A stretch of 64,000 nt of DNA, from NCBI GenBank assembly GCA_001687465.1, contig LVLI01000141.1:1-64000 (forward strand), written 5' to 3'. Of this stretch, positions 50,195 through 62,935 are shown one piece after another (positions within the stretch are counted from its first letter, which is position 1; every line of letters begins with the position of its first letter). The DNA comes from Halocafeteria seosinensis. Its lineage: Eukaryota. The notes under the pieces were generated by a model that saw only the letters and a program-made list of their open reading frames with translations, was not told where the DNA came from and searched no databases. Both the position numbers and the translations under genes were made by a program.

Positions 50195-51427
50195 TCACAT
50201 ATCCGCGTCACGATTGGAACCATCTCTTTTCCGCTGTGGCTCTGGTTTGCGATGAAGAGATTGTGCTGCTAACGGAGCTAATGAGGGTAGACTACTGGAC
50301 GCTGTGGTTGCCGTTGTACCACTAGCACTGGTTTGGCTCGCAGTGGCAGTGGCAGTGGCAGTAGACGACGGTGCCGCGGTGGCCGACACTGAGGCAGTCT
50401 TTCTGGAGGCCTGACTACGTTGCTCAGTAGTCAAAGAGGAGAGCATTCCAAAAGGATCCGCTCCTTGGCTTGTGGATGATGTTGATTGTGAGACAGAGGA
50501 AGCACCGGAAGCCTGCGATTCAGTCGCCTTCTTGGTACGTGACGCCGCTGCTTTAGCATCTGTTGCGTCAACTCCAACTCCTCGTTGCGAGCGAGGGGGC
50601 AACTGGACTCGAGAGGGGTCTCCAAAATCTAGAGGTAAGCTATTGACATCTTGAGCCGTCTTGTCGAATTCCTGTGAACCACGGGAAAAGGGGCGCATTC
50701 AACAAGTATCCGAGCGAAGACGCAACACTACCTACTAGACAAGACTTACTGCAGTGGTGGGTATCTGGGCTCGGGTAGATTTCAAGTGCATCGACGCTGC
50801 TAGGTGAACATCATTGTCCAAAACCTCCTGTATTACTTTTAAAACAAACATACAGATACGCGAAAGCAGATTATAGTACGTCCCAAGTGGCAAAACATAC
50901 AGTCCTGTGACAATGGTGAGCTAGAAGTTCTGCTCGCGATTTAATTTGTCCAGCATGATCTGCAGTGTCCGCCGCCTCCACCAAGTCACGGCCATCGTCT
51001 CTTGCAGATGCATGTATTCCTACGTACCATGATATGCATCTAGCAGCTGTAAAATTACGGAGTCATCATAGTCTCGTATGCCAAACTGACTGAGACTTTG
51101 CTCAATTTCTCTGCACAGCACAAACAAGGCAGATACTCAGCTCCCTCTCTTTCCAGGGTATTTAAATAAATATAGCTTACTTGACCACCTCCGGGACGTC
51201 ATCATACCCTCGACGAGGGGCATCTCTCTGTAAGCGGTGGGTATTGCGGTCCTCTTCTTTGCTGCCACTGCTGGCTCGAGCGGCGCTGGAAGACTGTTGC
51301 CCCGTGCTCATCTCTACTACCAAATGATTTGTTACGACATTCAATCAACCTTTTCTCGCAATGTAATTTAGGTTTACTAATCTACACTAACAATGCATGG
51401 AACGCCGTTAGATACCTACAAAGACAT
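50195..51427 (-). CDS. TAF9: TFIID subunit TAF9-like histone-fold protein (ends approximate)
   Basis: Spliced EIEQSLSQFGIRDYDDSVILQLLD...HCHRTEVLDNDVHLAA...VNSLPL...VQLPP matches the TAF9 pattern. Ser/Thr/Ala-rich tail. Confidence 0.75.
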
Positions 51428-51632
51428 GTGATGAATGAGAGGTGAAGCTTCACAAAGGGTGTTTCAGAGTCCATCAGGAAGTGTATGACTGCCCCAATAC
51501 ATTGTAATAACGTGTAAATCACGTAAAACACGAAAGCGAACGGGCAACAATAGGATACAAAACGACAGTTCTGACTGCGATGCCTGAAGCGGTTCTGTTT
51601 GATATTTTAAAGCAAAGGGACACTACCACAGC

Positions 51633-54600
51633 TTACAGTCGGCGACTTCCTGAAGAAGAGGACGAGCTTGTTCCCGGTTTCTTTGTCTTTAATTTAGGAA
51701 CCTTGAAACCACCATGAGGTCCAAAAGAGTGCATACCCATAGCTAATCCCGTCGTCAATCCGATGGATGCAACAGAGGTTGTACCGCCGCCAGTCTTTGT
51801 GGAGCTAGCAAACGACTGATTTTCCCTTGAGTTCTCTTTGTCGGCAGCGGCAGCAGAGGCACCCTCTAGAGCACCAGTTTTCGTATGTTGTTGAGTTCCC
51901 TTTACTCGATGCTGTAGCAGCTGCCGGGGAGACTCTCTGCCTTTGCTGTTCTCCTTGAGCTCAAGAAGTGCCGAGGTCTTCCCCGACAACTTTTTCTTCC
52001 TTCCTGTGTGATCACTCTGCATGTCCTTGAGTTCGTCTGAGGAGAAAATGCTGCCTCCATCTTGTCTTTCCGGGAGAGTGCTCTGTTTCGTAGAACGTTG
52101 AGCTGCGAACATTTTGCTTGAGTCATTCGATACGTTGGTTCGAGTGTCTTCGTCTGCAGAAGGCGGTTCTTGAGAAGTTCCAGTTTCATTCCTTTTCGCC
52201 TTTCGAGTCTCTTTCCCTGCCTTTGGTTTTTGCTGTTTCTTTTCAGCGGAAACAGTATGGATGGCAGACTGTTGTTGCTTGCGTTTTCCGGAAGTATGCC
52301 TAGAGTGACTGGATTTTGCCGGTTCCCTAGCAGAAGTAACTTCATGCTCTGTCGACTCACTGTGCTGTTCCTCATCCACAGCGGAAGCAGCATTACCTTT
52401 ATTTCCTTCAGTTGCTTTTGACGCTTTAGGGGGTTTCGTATCCGGTCTTCGCTTGCGAGCATGCCCACGCTTTTGTTGCTTAGGTTGAGGATTAGAACCA
52501 GAGTGATCAGACCTCTGTCTTTTTCTGTTTTCCTTTTCAGGACGATCGGAAGACGCTTGGTAATTGACTCGGCTGTTGAACCTCTTCATATCCTCCACGC
52601 CACTGTCAGCATCTGTAAATATCGAGCTGCTAGCTTCAGACTCTATGCCTTCATTTTCCTGAGGTACGAAGCTCGAGTCGTTCTCAGAAGACTCGTTCCC
52701 ACGATGCCTCCGTCCGCCTTGTGCTCGCTTAAGTTTGTGCTCTTTGAGTCTCCGTCGATGGTCCATATCGCTTTCTTCAGATTCGCTGATTGCCCCATCA
52801 TATACGACGGGAAGGTCGATGGCCGCAGCAGAGTGCGTGTGCTTCAGAGAGTTAGCACTTGATTCTTGGTTCACCTTAGAAGAGTTGACAGGGTCTTTGG
52901 GCCACTCCCGCTCTCGATTTTTAGTTCTGGAACTGCTACTGCGTTGTTTCTCAACAGTAGCTCCGCTCGCTGATCTTCTTATCCTGTTACTCGGACGGTC
53001 ATTATGGCCTCTATGCTGAGCTTTCCTCTGCTCCTCCTGCCTTATTCTTTCAATCTCTTCTTGTTTTGAGTCCCCAGAAAATTCGGCTTGCCATATGCCC
53101 TTGGTCCTCAAGAGTTCAATGGCGTTATCAGTTGACTTTTGAACTATATCCATGCTCTTTTCGAATCCATTCCACTGAGCCTCCTGAGCAGCCACAGCGA
53201 CAGCCTTTTGCAATTCTTGCTGAGCTTTCCTCTGCTCCTCCTGCCTTATTCTTTCAATCTCTTCTTGTTTTGAGGTCTGAATGTCTTTAACCGTGTAGCT
53301 ATATTCATCTCTCAAGCGGCCATTTTCTTCGACTACCGAGGAAGCATGGTCTACCATTCTGCGAGCGAAATGATCCAATTGAAGACACTGAGACTGCAGA
53401 GAAGACCGCTCGTGATCTAGGAGTGTCACATCTTCGGATTTTAGATCAGCATCAAATTGTTCACAGACTGCATTGATTTTTTCTTCGCGTTGGTCCAACC
53501 TGCTACTGATTACATCGCACCAAGCTTCAGTTTGCTGGAGATATGCCGCTGCTACTTCCTTTTCCCTGAGTTCATTGCTGTCCTGGAGTTGCTGCTCCAA
53601 TTCTCTCTGTCTTTGTTCTAGTGCTTCGCGTGTACTCTTGACTACATCCGCTTGCCGATTGACCTCAGCTCGCGCCTCTTCGAGCTTCTTTTCCAGACGG
53701 ACTGTCTCCTCGGCTAAGTTTTTCGAACTTGATTCATACTCGTCACGAGAGTGATATGTAAGCTCCTTCTTGATTTCGCTTACTGAGTGATGTTTAGCAA
53801 TTTCGATTTCCTTTTGGAGCTCCTCCCTTAGAGCCTGTAGTTGTTCGTTCCAGCCCTTCTGGAATGCAACAGCAGTACCCCCATTTCGCTTGTCACTATT
53901 CCGAGCCTGAGCGTCATTGTTTTCCAATATCCCCTTGGCTTCCTCGTAAGCGCTTTGAATGTCGCCATCTTCGATTGCTTGAGCAAGAGATGGCGTGGTT
54001 TGAATTCGGACATTTCGAACGTTTAAGTCGTTAGGTACAGGTGTGGAGTTCTCAACCCCCTGGTATGCATTGTGTCCCTTTAGCTGGTCGAGACTCGACT
54101 GCAAATTATCGCGTTGGGACGCTGCCTCCGCATGGGCGTTTCTTGCCTCCTCAAGAGCTAAGGACTTAAAATCTACTTCGTTCTGAAGAGAAGATACTGT
54201 TCTAGCCTTTGTTTCCAGTTTGGATGCAGACTCTGGAGTAAGAGGATATCCAGCAGACACGTCACCGTGAACTTCGGTTGCTCGCGCAGCATAGTAGAGT
54301 GTTGAAATGCTGTCATGGAACCTGTCAGCACTGTCGTGGACGTGTGCGAGGATGGTGAGCCGAGACTTGCCATCAAAACAGTTCTGGAGCAAGCGAGTTA
54401 GTTTGCTTCTGTGTTGCCCACTCATCCATGCGTCCTGCTTAGTGGTGCACAGCGAAGTCAGTGTGTTGGTAAGTGAAGAGTTCGACAAAGAGATGGACTG
54501 TTCCTCTAGCTGGGCAATGGGGTCCTGCAAATCCTCTCTGAGATCTTCACTGGTTCCAGCCAAATCGACCAAAGTGAGGCTTCCAGCAGGAAGATATCCG

Positions 54601-55904
54601 TCTGCAACAAAAATACATATGGTCGCATAGACAAGCTTGGGGAACCGGCGTAGACAGTGCGGTCTTACCAGTGTTGGATGCGCGTTTCTGCACTTCAATT
54701 GTCACGACAGAGTGGGATCGTGCCAGTACTTGAGAACCGATAGAACGTGTCGACCTCTTTTCCACCGCACTATGTAAAAGATTGAAACACTCCTGTAACG
54801 ACTGCACTTCAATACCTTTTCGAGTACTGTTATCAGTACTTGATGAGGAAGTATCCCGCGAGTTATCGGCTAGCAAATCTCTGCAAGAGTTACACCAAGC
54901 AACCGTACAGAACTGTAGCACAAATTCAGCACCGCTTATCAGGTAGTGTACCTCATCGTATCATTGTAGAGTTCAACAAAAGATAGTTTGACACGGAAGC
55001 GCTCTTTTTTCTCCGCCAACCGAGCAAAGATACTAGCGCACGCTTTTTGCACCATTCCTAATATGGCAGAATATCCATACACGTTTCTGATGTTAAAAGC
55101 TTCTTTCATCAATTTGTTCTCATTGATGTTCGCAACAGCAGGACCGAACATAGAATGGGTTTTACCACTTCCTCTAGCACCGAAAGACAGGATACACGAG
55201 TCTTTGCCGACTATCACCCCTTCGCAGGCATTGCGAAGTTCAGCGTATACGTCATCTTGACTTGATGTTCCGTGAAAGGTCTTGTCAAAGGTAAAATTCT
55301 TCGATCTAAAGCACTTCTGCACGGGATGAGGTACGTGCTACTAACTTGGATGCGGAGTGCAGCACTGAGAGATGTACGTACCGGTGTCTTCAGTGGCTGT
55401 GAGCCCTCGCTTGATTGAGAACGTGGAGTGAGTGGCGCCTCATTGCTGCATAAGCGTATCCCAACAAAGTAACATCGGTACTTAAGGGAGATAAACGTAT
55501 GGAATCTTTGAGTTCACTCACTAGCGAAGGGAGTTATTGTCAGCTTGATTGCTGGACGTCGATTCTCGTCTTGAACCGCTTGGAGTGGACTGAGCCACGC
55601 AGAACCCAGTTAGTGGGTTTTCAAAAGAGTTCATAGAATTGTTTAACACACTCCCCGCAACGTTGCTTGCAATGGTTCTACCATCGTCTTCTGCATGATT
55701 GTACTGATGCTGTTGCGTTTCCTCATCCGGTTGACTATGGGGAGAGACTAGAGTGATCGATTTCCCATCCAGTTGCGGCTGGATGATGCTTTGTCTACCC
55801 GCATTGTTGTTATGCACCAGTGCAGAAGAGCGTATTCGAAGAAATACGCGCAGTTTATGGATGTTGCGCTTCGTAGAGGATGTACTTTCAGCTGCACCCT
55901 CCAT
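51633..55904 (-). CDS. Divergent kinesin with coiled-coil stalk and long disordered tail
   Basis: LRVFLRIR, FTFDKTF, GARGSGKTHSMFG, SFVELYND, ARSHSV, LVDLAG, SKLTRLLQ, STLYYAARA. Confidence 0.88.
53014..53274. repeat. Perfect 57-bp direct repeat (53014-53070 and 53218-53274) inside the kinesin CDS
   Basis: Identical TGCTGAGCTTTCC...TTGTTTTGAG copies 204 bp apart, both encoding SKQEEIERIRQEEQRKAQ. Confidence 0.95.
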
Positions 55905-56605
55905 TCCTGTCTGTGAAGATAGCCCCACACCACTTGCGTGCAAGCACGAAAACTCACTGAACAAGGGAACTCCCGATAAAGGAAAAGCCTAGTCCCCCAA
56001 GGCACGAGGCGACAAACGTACACAAGAAGCAATGAATGTAAATTACCGACGATTCCCCTCTTAACGGCTGCTGAGCCGCTGCACTGAACTTCACAAAACT
56101 CGACGCGCGTTCTTGACTCTTGAATGTACCATGTACATGTATTGCGAGCCTTCGAGTAGCGTTCGAGTGTACGTGTTATTCGTGTTGTTCGCTTGAAGTA
56201 TCGTGCTGTTAGTACTCCAGTGATGTACAGTGTAGTGTGGCACTAGCTAGTGTCGGTGGTGTGTTCCTTTTAATCGTCTGAAAATTGTAAAGCAACTTAG
56301 GTTATTTTTTTCGTTTTCGATAATAAAACGGCATAGCAGATGGAGTTTTGGAAATAGCTACGATGTTTCACTTCAATGGCTGCAGTGTGCGCTTGTACCC
56401 ATTTGAACCTTGCTTGGTTTTTGACTCGGCCGCCACGCAATCAGAACAATTGTCGGTAGAATGTTCTCCCAAAAGAGACAAAACAGCGAAATTAGCTCGG
56501 GTAGGCAAACGAGGATGAATATGAGATGATAGATGAATTTGTCAGCCTTGTCACGTGACATATCACTTCGCAAGATCAACCATCTCCAGCGTACGTTCAG
56601 CGACA

Positions 56606-57041
56606 ATGATGCAAGCAAGCAGAATAGCACTGAGATCTTCCCAGAGGATCCTAAGTAGCTCCCAAACGCCAGCCATGCTGGCTACCAGTATTCCCACGCA
56701 CCAGGCTGTAAGTCATTTGTACCACTACGTGAACTAGCGGATTAGGTAGGTGTGACTCTATCTTGCAGCGTACTTTCAAGAACACTGTTCAAAGTTGTGA
56801 CGAGGAGAAAAGCTTTGCCGAAAAAGTGAAGGAGCAAGTCAACAATGTCGTCGAGAAGGCGCAAGAGGTTCTCGGAACAGCAAAGGACAACGCAGATGAG
56901 ACACAACAGTCTAGTGCAGAGTCTACTACTTCTGACCAGCCAGAACAAGACAGCGGCAAAGGGGAAGGTAGTTCCTCCTCGAACGCACCTGGTCAGACTA
57001 GTAGCAACAAATCGGAAGCAAGCGGGCAGCGGCAGCAATAG
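56606..57041 (+). CDS. Small hydrophilic protein with a mitochondrial-presequence-like N-terminus (LEA-like)
   Basis: MMQASRIALRSSQRIL..., one intron, amphipathic EKVKEQVNNVVEKAQEVLGTAKD. Confidence 0.6.
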
Positions 57042-57116
57042 GTAATTGTGTCTTCTTTGTGGAATTCGTACGAGTAAACGATGCAACTCCGGGTATATAA
57101 ACCAATTCTTCTCCGG

Positions 57117-58126
57117 CTACGTGATTCCTTTATACTTCTTCAGGAACGGAAAAAATACATCGGGAATCGGGCTTCTCCATAAACCAATACCCCTGATGCC
57201 TGCAGTCTCGAGTTGCTGAAATCGTTCTTCCAATACTTTACTACTATAGGGACTGCCGTCACTTTTCACTGTCTCCAGTCCTATGATCAATTTCTCAATT
57301 GGTATTTTTTCCACAGCGTACTGAAACTCCTTCATCCATGTCGCCTGGTTGTCTGGGTTCATCATCAGGAAACGAACAACAAAGATCACGTTAGGGAAAC
57401 CAATGAAGTTGCACCGCATCTCACTTACCCGTGTAGGTTGACATCGTAACTATCCAGTCCACGTCAGTTTTGCCAATGAGCTCCAGATTCCAGATAGGAC
57501 TCCAAGTAGAGACGTCTACAGTCACTTGCATACTATACTGATGAAGGAATTGCGCAAGCTTGTTCAAGAAATTGGCATAGTCAACTGTAGTTGATGAAAA
57601 GTCTACCAAAATGAAGCAACCACTTCTTCCAAATACAGCACAGCAACTTACCTGCATCTTGTGGCGTAACTCTATTGTTCGTTGTAGGCTCCCAGTCGAT
57701 GTTAACGGCACTATAGCGGTGAGCTTGCCCCAGCACTTGCATCATGAACGGTGTTGGATTGGCAAAAACAGTCCGCATCCAATCCAAAAAATTCTTCGGG
57801 TAGGGGTAACTTGAAACCATAGGTACTGTATAGATTCCAGCATAGATAAACGGAATACCGACCTTGGTGAAGTTGTTATCCACAAGTGTGCTATTCGGAC
57901 CGAGGTTGAATTTCTCAAACGAGGCGAAATCGAAGAGCTGCCTGTTTTCCAGAACTTGATTCATATTCTTCTTTATCTGCGTGTCGTTCAATCCACAACG
58001 AGACAGGCAAAGCCATGGCATAATATGGCGCTCTCCTTGTTCGTATGGCTTCTTGGCAGAGAGCGCATGGGATCCAGCAACCAGGAACCATAGGGTTAGT
58101 ATGACACAGGAGAGAATTGAAGCCAT
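57117..58126 (-). CDS. Secreted glycoside hydrolase family 18-like protein
   Basis: Signal peptide, AVNIDWEP (NxDxE catalytic motif), VTMSTY, KLIIGL, GIGLW. Confidence 0.7.
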
Positions 58127-58267
58127 CTTGGGACCACGAAACGCTTAATTTTTATAGACAAGGAACGGACAAAATGGACCGATAATTGCTACTGACAAGC
58201 AGCCAACGCTATTTGGATTATGAGGCGTTACTATTGCGGACGCGAGCGGCCAGCCAACCAGCAACTT

Positions 58268-58288
58268 GTTGAAGTTGGCAACTTCAAC
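58268..58288. promoter_or_regulatory. Inverted repeat GTTGAAGTTG-G-CAACTTCAAC in a divergent intergenic region
   Basis: 10-bp perfect arms between the GH18 start (58126) and the ORF start at 58544. Confidence 0.4.
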
Positions 58289-58543
58289 TTTTTATAGGCT
58301 GTATCCGAGAAGAACAGAACACCATTCTTTTCACGATTGTAGGAAACATTTCCGGTTGTACAATGCACCAAGTTTGTCCGATCCTAACAGCTCTATTTGC
58401 TGCTGCGCAAGAATAGCAGCTTAATACTTCACGCGGAGAAACACTGCTGGTTTTTGGCGGTTGACATATAAACATCTGAACCTTCAGCGTATTAGGTAGA
58501 AGAGGATTTTTCACCGTTCCCGTAGGCCAGTAAGAATCCAATT

Positions 58544-58917
58544 ATGTCGGATCAGAAAAGTGGAAAGGAGAGTTCTGGCACGGAAAAGAAAGAGGGCAAT
58601 GCACCTCCTGCGGACGACGAACAGCTGGGACAGTACAAGAATGTAATGGATGATAAGGCACTGGACGAGCTAGACCATGCGGTTGAGGCAGATACACATG
58701 TAAGCATTCAACCCCCTTACTCTGTGATGGTCGTTGATTTAACCCTGTGTCTGTTGTCCTCGCACAGGAGCATCATCAACATGCGCAGCCACCAAGTGAA
58801 GTGGATGATTTTTTCAGCGGGGAAGGGGGAGAAAAAACTGAGACCCAGGAAACAGCAAAGGAAAAAGAAAAGCCTAGTCAACAACCGGAAGAGACCCAAG
58901 AGGATTTATTAGGATAA
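58544..58917 (+). CDS. Small acidic disordered protein of unknown function
   Basis: Two exons (GTAAGC..CACAG intron), MSDQKSGKE...ETQEDLLG*. Confidence 0.65.
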
Positions 58918-59401
58918 CCCTTGAGCCTGAGGCCATGGTACATGATGATGTACATCCACGAACCCATAAATCGGATATTGCTTTGCTATATGATTTAGTT
59001 TACATCCTTCCATTGATAAACCAATGGAAAGATCATCTTGTTATAATAGCTCCCTGACACGCTTAGCCCTCTACGTACTTTTGAAGAGCGACGGAAGAAC
59101 AGCGCACTTTACGCTGCGCTTAGGGACTCAGATCCAAGCACTAGGTCAGTGCTTGTTGATTTAGGACTCAATCGAAAATCGCGAACTCTTAACCTGTTGT
59201 TTGCTTGAATGATAACATTACCATGGTCTATCCCGCCTTTTCCATCACCCAGCAACAGTAGTTGCACATGTACCCAAAGTTGCGATCATTACGATACCCT
59301 CGTGAAGCAAGCCGAGACTCAGTGGAAGTCAACACATTTGATTTGTAGGGCCCGCACCAAGTGTAACAAACGGCTGAAGCAATACCACAGTATTGTACGA
59401 A

Positions 59402-60492
59402 ATGTCATCAAGACAATTCAAGGGTAAAGTCATCTGTATCACCGGCGGATCCTCCGGTATCGGATGTGGAATTGTCAGGGCACTAGCTGCCGAAGGCGCT
59501 TGCATCTCACTAGGGGCTAGAAGAGTTGAAAAGTTAGAGGAAGTAAGTGTAGTACCATAAAAGTTGATTTGTCATCGTTTGCTCAAAGGAGTACGTTGTC
59601 AAGGCTTTGCGCATGTGTCCAGGTCAAACGCAGTATCCAGGAAGATTACCCTGATGTCACGATCATTTGTATCCCTACAGACGTGACAGTGCGCGAAGAT
59701 GTGCAGAAGCTAGTTGATGAAACTGAACGCCATCTAGGTGCGATTGACATCTTCGTGAACAATGGTACGTAGCTGGGAATGCAAATGACCCCGAGAACTC
59801 AATAGAATTCGCTGGTACTCGTGCGCATGCAGCCGGAGTCATGCACTACACGCTTATGAGAAACCTCTACGTAGATGATTGGATGGAAGAAGTCGATATT
59901 AATTGCAAAGGTTGGTTACGCTAGATTTTTTCCTGATGAAATCCCCATTCTGCTAGTGTTTCTACCAGGGTATCTTCACTCTATTGCTGCTATCCTTCCA
60001 AAATTTCTGGAGAGAAACCAGGGGCATATTATAGCCCTCACATCAGACGCCGGAAAACGGCCTTTTCCCGGACTTGCTGTATACAGTGGAACAAAAGCGT
60101 TCATGGAATCTGTCAGCACCGTAAGCAGTGCGAGCCCACTGCGTTTCTCCTTCATTCCCTACTACGGAACGCATGAAGTTGCAGGGTCTCCGAAGCGAAA
60201 TAGCAGGATCTAACGTTCGGCTTACTTGTATACAACCGGGTAACGTAGATACTCCGCTACAAAATATGTCGAATGATAAGGAAGCGGCCGAGAAGTTTGC
60301 TCCCTCTAGTGGTAAGATGTCCGCCGCACTCAAACCCTAAGTATAGTGCACTGCACTGATCTCCTATGGTCAACAGGCTCTCATCTGTTAGAACCGAAAG
60401 ACGTCGCGGAAGCTGTTGTCTATGCCTTAAGACAGCCCCCTCACGCTTCTGTCAATGAAATCCTTATCCAGCCTCGCGATGAACCATTTTGA
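59402..60492 (+). CDS. Short-chain dehydrogenase/reductase (YdfG/DHRS11-like)
   Basis: TGGSSGIG, ARRVEKL, NNAG, YSGTK, IQPGNVDT, VNEILIQP. Confidence 0.92.
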
Positions 60493-61349
60493 AATGATGA
60501 CTAAATGGTTCCACCAGTACTGTCGACGGGGCATCATGATGATGTCTAAGAGAGCTTACGCATCGTTGCTTTGCATAGACGAATTGTGGATTAAGATTCT
60601 TTAAGTCAATATCGACAATGCATTGCAATTTGTCCAAATGAGAATCATAACATGTGGAACACAAGAGGTCAGAGATGGTCAATCATTTGAAATCGGTACT
60701 GTCTTATTTGCGATTTTAGATTAGAGGCACTCTACACTCTTTGTAAGCCGTTGGAATTTTTTCCGGTGTTGTCGCCTTTTTAGTCGTACAATGTACATAT
60801 TCAACCGAAATTGTCGCGGAGCAAGAATCAATGGGCGGTCTTTGGGCTGGGATGATTCGCATTTCAGAGAAGTTTGACACCGACATTCAAACGAAACCAA
60901 CAATAGATTTCTTCCAGTAGGAGGAACACTCATGCTAACACACACTGGGTACCAAGAAGGAATTGACAAGTCCCATAAGTCCAATGGTGACACATGTCAC
61001 ATGTGGTATCACATGTGGTATTCAATCGTGAAGGGACACGAATTCCTGTCTGAATCGTTCGACTTCTGTTTTCATGGCTATATTGTATGCTGCTCTGCAT
61101 GTGCAATATGTTATGTATTCTCGCCGGTCCAGTATGCGTACATTCACTTCTCGTCGCTCTCCTGCGACAACGCGTCTCCTTGTTGGAGTAACCGCTTCTT
61201 TCTCAGCTTCACAGCTTGACTGAGGAAGTTCTGGATGGAGACGCTTATTACATTATTAGCGCATGTATTAGGTGGTACAATTGTACTGCCAGCATACAAT
61301 TGTAGCAACAATTGCTGGACAATATTTGTCCTATTGGCACTAAGACAAC

Positions 61350-62707
61350 ATGGCTTCTGTTCAGACACAACTCATGGACCTTGTCCAGAGGGCCTATGCC
61401 AACCCCTTGGCTGCCCTGGGGGTACTCATAGGCTGTGCTATATTCGCTTTTGTCCTCTTCATGGTGATCCTTGCTGCTCGCGCAGCTTTTTACACTACTC
61501 GAACCGGTGAACATAAGGATGAGGAGCACTACCTGAAGTACGCAAGTTGTAAACACACCATGCTGAGACACTCGTAACCAAACTTTGTCCCCCTGCAGGC
61601 CTGATCTTTCCAACGATGGACGCTTTCCATCCATTATGGACTCAAGTCAATGTCATTTATCTTTGGTAGTTCCGGCATACAACGAGGAAAGTCGAATGAC
61701 CATCATGATGGACGAAATGCTGGAGGTGCTACAACAACAACAGCGGAAGTCGAAGACGTTCACATATGAACTCATTATTGTCGACGATGGGAGCAAAGAT
61801 CGCACGGTCGAAATTGCAATGGGATACGTACGCAAACATGGTACTGATAAGATACGGGTCATGCGTCTGCATAAGAACCATGGGAAGGGAGGTGCTGTGA
61901 GGAAGGTAAGCCAAAAATTAGTAACCCCGTGTTTCCGGTTGTCGCAATTGTTTCCTGTATTGAATTCAGGGAATGCTTCGCGCTCGAGGAGAGTATATAC
62001 TGATGGTGGATGCTGACGGTGCAACAGAAGCACAGGAAGTAATCAAATGCCTCAATAAATTGAAGAAGGTAGAGAAAGATGGACTCGGAATTGCCATTGG
62101 CTCGAGGGCCCACTTGGAAGAACAAAGCAAAGCGCAGGTATGACAGCTCTTGCGTAAACAATGTTATTTATACTGCTCACTTTTCTATCCCTACAGCGTA
62201 GTGCGTTCCGCAAGTTCTTAATGTGGGGGTTTCACACCCTCGTTACAGTTCTTGTTGGCGGTGACCATGAAATCCACGACACACAGTGCGGATTTAAGCT
62301 ATTTACTCGGGAAGCAGCTCGACTTCTCTTTCCTGTAATGCACATTGAAAGGTGGGCTTTCGATGTAGAGCTTCTTTTTCTTGCATCAAAGTGGAAGATC
62401 CCAATGGTGGTAAGTTCAGGTCGCTTGCTATCTATCCCTACTGTCATTTCTGATCGCCTCCTCAACGAGATCGTCCCAGGAGGTTCCTGTTCAATGGCAC
62501 GAGGTCGAGGGCTCTAAATTGGACGTATTTAGCTCGACATTGCAAATGCTGAGGGATCTCTTCACTATTCGAACTTGCTATATGCTCGGGCTTTGGAAGT
62601 ACGTATCTTGTTGCGATCGTTGTATCTGCCGCTAGAATGACGCAATTGCAACTGTGTACAGCCAATATGATGTGTTCGATAAGCGATACGAGATAAAGAG
62701 TAAATAA
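61350..62707 (+). CDS. ALG5: Dolichyl-phosphate beta-glucosyltransferase
   Basis: N-terminal TM, VVPAYNEE, VDDGSKD, GKGGAVR, DADGAT, DTQCGFKLF, WAFDVELL, WHEVEGSK. Confidence 0.93.
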
Positions 62708-62935
62708 GCGACTAAATCTCTGTTTAGGCCTACAAAAAATATACGTCTTCTTGCCAATTTACGGAAACAAGATAGCCCACTTTGTGAAGTTGCGAGCGTG
62801 TGCACTTCCTCAGTGAGGCACCGTCGCTCAACATGAAATGTCATTGATCCTAATTCATTCCTCCGTCGTCGCACGCATTACTGAGAGGAAAAAACTTTGA
62901 TTGAATGATAGAAAACCACCTCCTGAAGCAGCAGT

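Noticed and set aside
60991..61021. Triple CACATGT (E-box-like) and a 12-bp tandem duplication upstream of ALG5
   Set aside because: Explained by simple slippage; no independent support for function
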